The notes beneath the pieces are model-generated. The model worked only from the letters and a program-made list of their open reading frames with translations, did not search any database and was not told the DNA's origin. A DNA stretch of 42,918 nt, taken from positions 1-42,918 of the forward strand of contig JBDLWA010000148.1 of the NCBI GenBank assembly GCA_039804505.1, read 5' to 3'. This stretch comes from Pseudomonadota bacterium. Its GTDB lineage: Bacteria > Pseudomonadota > Gammaproteobacteria > Burkholderiales > Burkholderiaceae_C. Both the position numbers and the translations under genes were made by a program. Positions 32,550 through 40,017 of this stretch are shown one piece after another; position 1 is the stretch's first letter, and every line of letters starts with the position of its first letter.

Positions 32550-32990
32550 TCAATTTGAAGACTCGTGTCCTGCAACCAGTTTTGATAACAATGCGACCAA
32601 TGTCTTTGCCTCTTCGGCATTGAGGGGGCTGAGGAGTCTTTGCTGAACGTTTTCAACGGCCGATTTCATTTGCAGATTGGCTTCTTGTCCCGACTCGGTC
32701 ACCCACAATAATTTTCTGCGCCGATCCACCTGATCGGGCTCGCGCCGAATCCATCCTTTGGCTTCTAAACGCCCAATGACGGAGCCAGAAGTGGCTGCAT
32801 CAAAAGCCACGAGCGACGCCAAAGTCACTTGGTCAATGCCGGGCGTGTCCATTAATGCGTTCAAGATGGCAAATTGAACCGGGGTGACATCTTCATGGGC
32901 CAACTCAGCCATGAACAGCGCCACAGCAATTTGCTGCGTGCGACGCACTAAGTGTCCTGGTGCCTGCGCAAAGTCAAAAGTCTTTTTCAT
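32550..32990 (-). CDS. MarR-family transcriptional regulator
   Basis: PGHLVRR, TPVQFAIL and wHTH RLEAKGWIRR...DRRRK; divergent from the FAH-TRAP operon. Confidence 0.92.
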   Translation of the reverse strand: MKKTFDFAQAPGHLVRRTQQIAVALFMAELAHEDVTPVQFAILNALMDTPGIDQVTLASLVAFDAATSGSVIGRLEAKGWIRREPDQVDRRRKLLWVTESGQEANLQMKSAVENVQQRLLSPLNAEEAKTLVALLSKLVAGHESSN

Positions 32991-33030
32991 CGCACTATGA
33001 TTCACAATGTTGGACAACATCGTCCATTGA

Positions 33031-33042
33031 TAAGTATACTTA
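33031..33042. promoter_or_regulatory. Palindromic operator overlapping the -10 of the FAH-TRAP promoter
   Basis: Perfect 12-bp palindrome TAAGTATACTTA containing TATACT, in the marR/FAH divergent spacer. Confidence 0.65.
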
Positions 33043-33090
33043 CCAAAGACGCTTTTGTTTGCATCTAACTTCTACGACTGAAAGGTTCCC

Positions 33091-33795
33091 ATGAGTTTTG
33101 TATTTACACCGCCTGCCGTTTCATCCATACCAGTCTTGGGTCAAGCTGAACGATTTCCAGTTCGACGTGTTTACTGCGTCGGTCGTAATTACGAAGAACA
33201 TGCCAAAGAAATGGGCTTCACTGGCCGTGAACCCCCTTTCTTTTTCTTGAAGCCTGCCGATTCACTGGTCGTGGTGAATGAAGGCGAAACAGGTCACATG
33301 CCCTACCCTAGCCTGACGCAAAACCTGCATCATGAAATTGAATTGGTGGTGGCCATTGGTACTGGAGGCCGCAACATCAAAGCAGCCGATGCCGAAAAAC
33401 ACATTTACGGTTACGCCGTCGGTCTGGACATGACACGTCGTGACTTGCAAAACGAAATGAAAAAACAAGGCCGCCCATGGTGCATTGGCAAAGGCTTTGA
33501 TCACTCAGGCCCCATTGGCCCCATCACACTCAAAGCCCAGGCTGGTGATGTCAACAACGCTGAATTGGACCTGCATGTCAACGGCGCCGTTCGTCAAAGC
33601 AGCAACGTGGCCAAGTTAATTTGGAATGTGGCCGAAACCATTGAGCATTTGTCAGCTGCTTGGGAATTGCAACCCGGTGACTTGATTTTTACTGGCACAC
33701 CAGAGGGCGTTGCAGCCGTGGTGGCAGGCGACACATTGGTAGGACGCGTGGGCGGTTTAACCACCCTCAATGTCAAAATTGATCCTGCCAAATAA
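33091..33795 (+). CDS. Fumarylacetoacetate hydrolase-family protein (fumarylpyruvate/acylpyruvate hydrolase-like)
   Basis: Motifs CVGRNY..HA.EM, FFLKP, HHEIEL, DMTRRDLQ, KGFD and GDLIFTGTPEGV. Confidence 0.92.
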   Translation: MSFVFTPPAVSSIPVLGQAERFPVRRVYCVGRNYEEHAKEMGFTGREPPFFFLKPADSLVVVNEGETGHMPYPSLTQNLHHEIELVVAIGTGGRNIKAADAEKHIYGYAVGLDMTRRDLQNEMKKQGRPWCIGKGFDHSGPIGPITLKAQAGDVNNAELDLHVNGAVRQSSNVAKLIWNVAETIEHLSAAWELQPGDLIFTGTPEGVAAVVAGDTLVGRVGGLTTLNVKIDPAK

Positions 33796-33808
33796 TCAAA
33801 GCGAACAC

Positions 33809-33832
33809 AACGGAGCCACGGGCTCCGTTTTT
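33809..33832 (+). terminator. Terminator-like hairpin between FAH and dctQ
   Basis: AACGGAGCC-ACG-GGCTCCGTT followed by TTT. Confidence 0.55.
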
Positions 33833-33842
33833 GGAGTCCAAC

Positions 33843-34331
33843 TTGAAAATTCTTGAATCACTGGCCAAATTTTGCAGTGTGCTGTCCGGCGCCATGCTCA
33901 CATTCATCACGCTCATGACTTGTTACAGCCTTGTTGGCCGAAACACGACGGGTGACACCATCGTGGGTGACTTTGAATTGACAGGCGTCGCTACGGGCGC
34001 GGCCATTGCGCTGTTCATGCCCTTGTGTCAATTCAAAAAAGCCAACATCATTGTTGACTTCTTCACAGCCAAGGCCAGTGAAGCCACCATTGTTCAACTC
34101 GATCGCCTAGGGGCATTGTTCATGGCCATGGCTTTTGGGCTTTTGGCATGGCGCACCACGTTAGGTGGCATGAATGCTTGGGTGTCTCAATCGGGCTCGA
34201 TGATGTTGGGTTTTCCAGAATGGATTGTTTATGCGGCGATGGTGCCTCCCTTGGTTTTAAGCGCCGTCATTGCCTTGGCTCAAGCCATCCACGGCGATAA
34301 GTTTGCCCAGACCGAAGGAGCTGCAGCATGA
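33843..34331 (+). CDS. TRAP transporter small permease (DctQ)
   Basis: 4 TM segments; GDFEL and NIIVDFFT. GGAG at 33833-33836 favours TTG 33843 as start. Confidence 0.9.
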   Translation: MKILESLAKFCSVLSGAMLTFITLMTCYSLVGRNTTGDTIVGDFELTGVATGAAIALFMPLCQFKKANIIVDFFTAKASEATIVQLDRLGALFMAMAFGLLAWRTTLGGMNAWVSQSGSMMLGFPEWIVYAAMVPPLVLSAVIALAQAIHGDKFAQTEGAAA

Positions 34332-35647
34332 GTGCCTTAACCCTGTGCTTGATTATTTTTGGCGCCATGTTGGTACTCATGGCCATCCGCGTGCCCATTT
34401 CAGTGGCCATGTTTTCAGCGGGAACGCTAGGCTATTTGATGCAAACAAGCTGGAGTGCTTACTCTAGTTTCTTGAACAATCTGGCGTTTGCGCGTTTTGC
34501 AAGTTACGACCTGTCTGTCATTCCCTTGTTCATTTTGATGGGCCACTTTGCAACGCAAGGCGGTATCAGCAAAGCCTTGTTCCAATTCGCTGCCAGCGTG
34601 ATGGGACGTTTTAAAGGTGGATTGGCCATGGCAGCGGTTTTGGCCAGCGCCGCATTTGGGTCAATTTGTGGCTCTTCTGTGGCCACTGCTGCCACCATCA
34701 CAGGTGTTGCCCTGCCCGAAATGAAAAGACATGGTTACTCTGGTCGCCTGTCCACAGGCACTTTAGCAGCGGGTGGCACCCTGGGCATTCTGATCCCACC
34801 CTCTGTGCCCTTGGTCATTTATGCCATTTTGACGGAGCAAAACATTGCCAAATTGTTTGCGGCCGCCATGATTCCCGGCATCATTGCCATGGTGGGCTAC
34901 ATGATTGCCATTGCCATTTATGTTCGACTGGTGCCTGGACAAGCCCCCGAAGTAGATGACAACATTGAGCGTTTTTCTTTAGCCGCTTTAGCAGGCATTG
35001 CACCCATTGCAACTATCTTTGTCATTGTCTTTGGCGGCATTTACGGTGGCTTCTTTACGCCTACCGAGGGTGCGGGTGTCGGTGCAGCGTCAACTTTTGT
35101 GGCAGCGCTGTTGAAGCGTGAAATCAATTGGGAAAAATTCAAAACGTGCTTCTACGCAACCGCTGAAAGCTCGGCCATGATCTTCATGATTTTCATTGGC
35201 GCGGATGTGATGAACTCGTCCTTGGCTTTGACCCAAGTACCCAACCAGTTGGCGGAAGTCGTGGGCAGTTGGGGCCTCGCACCGCTCATGGTGGTAACGG
35301 CCATCTTGTTGTTCTATGTGGTTTTGGGCGCCGTGATGGACGAGCTGAGCATGATTTTGCTCACCATCCCCATTTTCTTCCCCATGATCATGGGTCTTGA
35401 CTTTGGCATGGCCAAAGAACCCACCGCCATTTGGTTCGGCATCATGGTCTTGATGACGGTTGGCTTTGGCATGTTGGCACCGCCCGTAGGCCTCAATGTT
35501 TATGTGGTCAACAGCATGGCCAAGGATGTGCCGATCTCTGAGAGTTACAAAGGTGTGATGCCTTTCCTGATCAGCGACACCATTCGGACCACCTTGCTGT
35601 TGTTCTTCCCCGGGATTTCCCTGTGGTTGATTCAATACGTTGCTTGA
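34328..35647 (+). CDS. TRAP transporter large permease (DctM)
   Basis: Motifs IPLFILMG, GSSVATAA, GTLGILIPPS, FTPTEGA and PPVGLNVYV. Confidence 0.95.
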   Translation: MSALTLCLIIFGAMLVLMAIRVPISVAMFSAGTLGYLMQTSWSAYSSFLNNLAFARFASYDLSVIPLFILMGHFATQGGISKALFQFAASVMGRFKGGLAMAAVLASAAFGSICGSSVATAATITGVALPEMKRHGYSGRLSTGTLAAGGTLGILIPPSVPLVIYAILTEQNIAKLFAAAMIPGIIAMVGYMIAIAIYVRLVPGQAPEVDDNIERFSLAALAGIAPIATIFVIVFGGIYGGFFTPTEGAGVGAASTFVAALLKREINWEKFKTCFYATAESSAMIFMIFIGADVMNSSLALTQVPNQLAEVVGSWGLAPLMVVTAILLFYVVLGAVMDELSMILLTIPIFFPMIMGLDFGMAKEPTAIWFGIMVLMTVGFGMLAPPVGLNVYVVNSMAKDVPISESYKGVMPFLISDTIRTTLLLFFPGISLWLIQYVA

Positions 35648-35711
35648 TCTGAACTTGGTTTTTGAAACCCCAATCCGTTAACATTCAAGTTATAAATTAC
35701 TGGAGACTTTC

Positions 35712-36785
35712 ATGATTAAACGCCGCTCACTCTTGAAATCTGGCGCAGCCGCTGCCATTGCAGCGCCAGCGCTCACAGGTTTTGCACAACAAACAGTCAC
35801 CCTCAAATTTCACACCTTCATGGCGCCACAGTCCAATGTGTGGCTCAACATGCACAAAGCATGGATGAACAAAGTCGAAAAAGAGTCGGGTGGTCGCATT
35901 AAGTTTGAAGCTTATCCAGCGATGCAATTGGGCGGCACGCCTGTTCAGTTGTACGACCAAGCGCGTGATGGCGTTGTAGACATCATCTGGACATTGCCAG
36001 GCAACACAGCGGGCCGCTTCCCTCGCATTGAAGTGTTTGAACTCCCCTTCATGATGACCAACGCTGAAGCGACGTCTAAAGCTTACTGGGAATACGTTCA
36101 AACCATGGCACCCGATGAGTTCAAAGAAACTCAGGTCATTGCCTTGCAAGTGCATGGTCCTGGCGTCATTCACACCATAGACAAACCTGTGAAGAGCGTT
36201 GCGGATATGAAGGGCTTGAAAATGCGCGCACCAACACGTCAAGTGACCAAGTTGATGGGTGCTTTGGGCGCTATTCCTGTTGGCATGCCTTTGCCCGGTA
36301 TTCCCGATGCTTTGTCCAAAGGCACCATCAATGGCGCCGTAATTCCTTGGGAAGTGGTGCCATCGGTCAAAGTCCATGAGTTGACCAAGTACCACGCAGA
36401 ATTTGATCCCGCGGGTGGCAGTTTGTACACCACCACCTTTGTCATGGCCATGAACAAAGCCAAGTACAACTCTTTGCCACCCGATTTGAAAAAAATCATC
36501 GACAACAACAGTGGCATGGAGACATCGGCATGGTTGGGTAAAGTGCAGCAAGAAGGTGACGCCCCAGGCCGTAAAGCAGCCAGCGATCGTAACAACGCCA
36601 TCTTCACGGTCAGTGCCGAAGATGCACAAGAGTTCCGTCGCAAGTCACGCATGCTAGAAGTGGAATGGGTTGAAGACATGAACAAGCGCGGTTTTGATGG
36701 CCGTAAATTGTTGGACACAGCCCGCGCTTTGATTGAGAAGCACACCAAAGCACCTGCAGCCAAAGCGCCAGCGAAAAAAGCTTGA
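35712..36785 (+). CDS. TRAP substrate-binding protein (DctP family, Tat signal)
   Basis: KRRSLLK Tat motif; YPAMQLGG, GRFP..EVFELPF and GLKMRAP (carboxylate-binding Arg). Confidence 0.93.
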   Translation: MIKRRSLLKSGAAAAIAAPALTGFAQQTVTLKFHTFMAPQSNVWLNMHKAWMNKVEKESGGRIKFEAYPAMQLGGTPVQLYDQARDGVVDIIWTLPGNTAGRFPRIEVFELPFMMTNAEATSKAYWEYVQTMAPDEFKETQVIALQVHGPGVIHTIDKPVKSVADMKGLKMRAPTRQVTKLMGALGAIPVGMPLPGIPDALSKGTINGAVIPWEVVPSVKVHELTKYHAEFDPAGGSLYTTTFVMAMNKAKYNSLPPDLKKIIDNNSGMETSAWLGKVQQEGDAPGRKAASDRNNAIFTVSAEDAQEFRRKSRMLEVEWVEDMNKRGFDGRKLLDTARALIEKHTKAPAAKAPAKKA

Positions 36786-37333
36786 GCTACCAACGCCAAC
36801 TGATCAAACACTGCCGAGCTTGTGGCTCGGCAGTTTTGTATCGTCTGCCCGATGATGGCGACACCAAAGAGCGCGCAGTGTGCACACAGTGCAATTTGGT
36901 GCACTATGAAAATCCATTGAATGTGGTTGGCACTGTGCCCTATTTGGGATCACGTGTTTTGCTGTGCAAACGCAACATAGAGCCACGTAAAGGCAAGTGG
37001 ACCCTGCCGGCAGGGTTCATGGAGTTGGGCGAAAGCACCGCAGAAGGTGCGGCTCGCGAAACCACTGAAGAAGCTGGTGCCGCATTCAAAATGGGGCCTC
37101 TCTTCACAGTGATGAGTGTGCCAAGAGTGGGCCAAGTTCATCTCTATTATTTGGCCGAACTGGAACACGAACAATTCAACCCTGGCTTTGAAACTCAAGA
37201 AGCCCGCATGTTTTCGGAGGACGAGATTCCTTGGGATGAATTAGCCTTTAGAACAGTACAAGAAACTTTAAAGCACTACTTTTCAGATCGCGACGCAGGG
37301 CAATTGACGGTTCATGCATTTAATATTGATTGA
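36782..37333 (+). CDS. NUDIX hydrolase with N-terminal zinc ribbon
   Basis: CRACG...CTQC; Nudix box GFMELGES...GAARETTEEAG. Confidence 0.92.
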   Translation: MSYQRQLIKHCRACGSAVLYRLPDDGDTKERAVCTQCNLVHYENPLNVVGTVPYLGSRVLLCKRNIEPRKGKWTLPAGFMELGESTAEGAARETTEEAGAAFKMGPLFTVMSVPRVGQVHLYYLAELEHEQFNPGFETQEARMFSEDEIPWDELAFRTVQETLKHYFSDRDAGQLTVHAFNID

Positions 37334-37398
37334 TGTCATCTAGAACCCCTTTAGATTCGTTGTATCCTATAACTGTTTTGTTTTTTGAAGGAAATTCC

Positions 37399-37632
37399 AT
37401 GTACAAACTCATCGTTGCAGGTGTCTTGAGCACCATGGCTTTGGCCTCTGTGGCTCAAACTGCTGCGCCTACTGCACCTGTGGTCCCCGCAGCGCCAGCC
37501 GCCGCGCCCGCCCCAGCACCGGCTGCTGCGCCAAACGCTGCGCCTGCAGCCAAGCCTGCAGCAGAAGCACCTAAAGCTGCCAAAAAAGCTGCCAAAAAGA
37601 AAAAGACAAAAGCTAAAAAGAAAGCTGCCTGA
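37399..37632 (+). CDS. Small exported Ala/Pro-rich protein with Lys-rich C-terminus (77 aa)
   Basis: SD GAAGGA before ATG 37399; signal-peptide-like MYKLIVAGVLSTMALASVA; has its own terminator. Confidence 0.8.
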   Translation: MYKLIVAGVLSTMALASVAQTAAPTAPVVPAAPAAAPAPAPAAAPNAAPAAKPAAEAPKAAKKAAKKKKTKAKKKAA

Positions 37633-37650
37633 TTTTTCTAGCATCTGAAC

Positions 37651-37677
37651 AAGCCCTGCACTGCAGGGCTTTTTTTT
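37651..37677 (+). terminator. Intrinsic terminator after the small protein gene
   Basis: AAGCCCTGC-ACT-GCAGGGCTT followed by a T-run. Confidence 0.85.
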
Positions 37678-37713
37678 ATCCATCAACCCACAAACTTGGG
37701 GGAAAATAGTGCC

Positions 37714-39747
37714 GTGGCCATACCTCAATCTTTTATTCAAGAACTGCTCTCCCGCGTTGATGTCGTGGAGGTGGTGGGACGCTATGTCCAATTGAAAAAA
37801 GGGGGCGCTAATTTCATGGGCCTCTGTCCATTTCATGGCGAAAAATCACCCAGTTTTACGGTCAGTCCAACCAAACAATTTTTCCATTGTTTTGGTTGTG
37901 GCAAGAATGGCAATGCCATCGGATTTTTGATGGACCATGCTGGCATGACCTTCATTGAAGCGGTCAAAGACTTGGCGCAACAAACCGGCATGACTGTCCC
38001 TGAAGACGATCTATCCCCCCAAGATCGCGCCAAGGCTGCAGAGCAAAAACAAAAGCAAACATCGCTCACAGAACTTTTAGAAAAAGCCGGTGAAGCTTAC
38101 CGCCAGCACCTTAAATCAGCACCCAAGGCCGTGGCCTACCTCAAGGGTCGCGGCTTGTCAGGTCAAATCGCCAAGCGTTTTGGTCTGGGCTATGCCCCAG
38201 AAGGTTGGCGCAGTTTGGCCAGCGTCTTTCCCAATTACGACGATCCTTTGTTGGCCGAGAGTGGCCTGGTCATCGTCAATGAAGATGACGACAAGCGCTA
38301 CGACCGATTCCGTGACCGCGTGATGTTCCCCATTCGAAACATCAAAGGCGAGTGCATTGGCTTTGGCGGACGTGTCATGGGTGATGGCACCCCAAAATAC
38401 CTCAACTCCCCCGAAACACCTGTGTTTCACAAGGGGCGCGAGCTGTATGGTTTGTTTGAGGCGCGAGACAGCATTCACAGCACAGGCTATGTGTTGGTCA
38501 CAGAAGGTTACATGGATGTGGTGGCACTTGCGCAATGGGGATTCCCCAATGCCGTGGCAACCTTGGGCACCGCTTGCACACCCGATCACGTTCAAAAATT
38601 GTTTCGCTTTACCGACTCGGTCGTGTTTAGTTTTGATGGCGACAACGCAGGTCGCAGAGCGGCTCGAAAAGCATTAGATGGCGCACTCAGTTACGCCACA
38701 GATGTTCGAAGCATCAAGTTTTTATTTTTGCCCCAAGAGCACGATCCAGACAGCTACATCCGAGAGCATGGCTCAGACGCATTTTCAGTGTGTGTGACCC
38801 AAGCCACGCCTCTTTCAAAGTTTTTAATTGAAGTGGCTTCGGAAGGCTGTGATTTGGACTCTGCAGAGGGTCGTGCGCATCTGTCGAGCAATGCCAGCCC
38901 CTTGTGGCGAGCGCTGCCAGATGGCGCCCTGAAAAGACAACTTTTGACGGAGTTGGCCCATTTAATTCAGCTGGACCCCGCAGAATTGGCGGGGCTGTGG
39001 TTGCAGCAAGCCGAAGCGCAAGCTGCCAAAAGTCAACCGCGTGGCATCGCGTCGACCTCGCCCTCTGCTGGTCGATCCTCTGCCAGATCCCAACAGGGTG
39101 GAAATTCTGGGGCTTTTGAAGATCCCGAAGGTTACCCCTCACCATTTGAACCAGAACGCAAGGCGATCTATCAAGCCCAAGGACGACGTCCTCGTCCAGA
39201 TGGCAAAACTTGGCAACAAGACGCCTCTGGTAAATGGCGCTTGGTAGGCGGCAATGGCACCGACAGCGCATCTACCCTAGGCCCAAGAACACAGCCGGCC
39301 AGTCGGGCTGACCATGCGGTCAGACTCATTTTGTCCAATATGGCCTTGTGGGCAGCACTGTCCGATGAAGACCACGCCATGTTGTGTGAACTAGCGGGCC
39401 AACATGGCGACTTGATGCGGTGGCTAGAGAGTCAATTCCACGACCACGGCCCTTTGGCCTGGGGCACCTTGCAAAACGAACTGACATCACAGGCTTTTTC
39501 GGGCCTGGCCGAAAAGCTCATGGGCTCTCACCTCCCCGCCGAACCCGAACAAAATTTGGATGCCGAACCCGGAGAGGCTCACAAAGAATTGCGTTTGCTG
39601 CTCAATTTCATGCTGATTGACCGCTTGAAAAGCCTAGAAACAGAGGCGCTTCAAGCGGCAGAAAGCACGCAGGACCCCGAAGCTTTCCAACGATGGCGTG
39701 AGTTACATCAAAGGCGCAGAGCCCTGATGGAGACTGAAGTTCATTGA
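37714..39747 (+). CDS. dnaG: DNA primase
   Basis: CHC2 Zn finger CPFH...CFGC, YDRFRDR, KYLNSPET and TOPRIM EGYMDV / FDGD. GTG start at 37714. Confidence 0.97.
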   Translation: MAIPQSFIQELLSRVDVVEVVGRYVQLKKGGANFMGLCPFHGEKSPSFTVSPTKQFFHCFGCGKNGNAIGFLMDHAGMTFIEAVKDLAQQTGMTVPEDDLSPQDRAKAAEQKQKQTSLTELLEKAGEAYRQHLKSAPKAVAYLKGRGLSGQIAKRFGLGYAPEGWRSLASVFPNYDDPLLAESGLVIVNEDDDKRYDRFRDRVMFPIRNIKGECIGFGGRVMGDGTPKYLNSPETPVFHKGRELYGLFEARDSIHSTGYVLVTEGYMDVVALAQWGFPNAVATLGTACTPDHVQKLFRFTDSVVFSFDGDNAGRRAARKALDGALSYATDVRSIKFLFLPQEHDPDSYIREHGSDAFSVCVTQATPLSKFLIEVASEGCDLDSAEGRAHLSSNASPLWRALPDGALKRQLLTELAHLIQLDPAELAGLWLQQAEAQAAKSQPRGIASTSPSAGRSSARSQQGGNSGAFEDPEGYPSPFEPERKAIYQAQGRRPRPDGKTWQQDASGKWRLVGGNGTDSASTLGPRTQPASRADHAVRLILSNMALWAALSDEDHAMLCELAGQHGDLMRWLESQFHDHGPLAWGTLQNELTSQAFSGLAEKLMGSHLPAEPEQNLDAEPGEAHKELRLLLNFMLIDRLKSLETEALQAAESTQDPEAFQRWRELHQRRRALMETEVH

Positions 39748-39773
39748 TTGGGACCGCCCAGTTTGGGTATAAT
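39744..39773 (+). promoter_or_regulatory. Sigma70-type promoter for rpoD
   Basis: TTGATT (39744-39749), 18-nt spacer, TATAAT (39768-39773), directly at the dnaG stop. Confidence 0.55.
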
Positions 39774-40017
39774 CCATTTTTCCAGGCAAGAGCGACAGCA
39801 GCACCTCCGGACCCGGCCAACGCCTCAGCGCATCTCCCAACACGGGACGGCCAAATCACCGCAAGGACTGCATTCCAAATGTTCGCCCACACATCTTGCC
39901 CCATGCCCTTGCAAAAAAAGCCGCCTGTGCTCAGGCGCTGATTTGCATTTTCACTCGCGCCAGATGTTTGTGGCGCAGCGTTTGTTTCCGAGTCCGTTTG
40001 AAGTATTGAGGTCCATC

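Noticed and set aside
35727-36904. 300-aa and 221-aa ORFs antisense to dctP
   Set aside because: Antisense shadows of a well-supported gene with no family motifs.
39748-40017. 90 extra in-frame codons upstream of rpoD (967-aa call)
   Set aside because: The TTG lies upstream of the TATAAT promoter element, the composition is not protein-like, and an SD supports ATG 40018.
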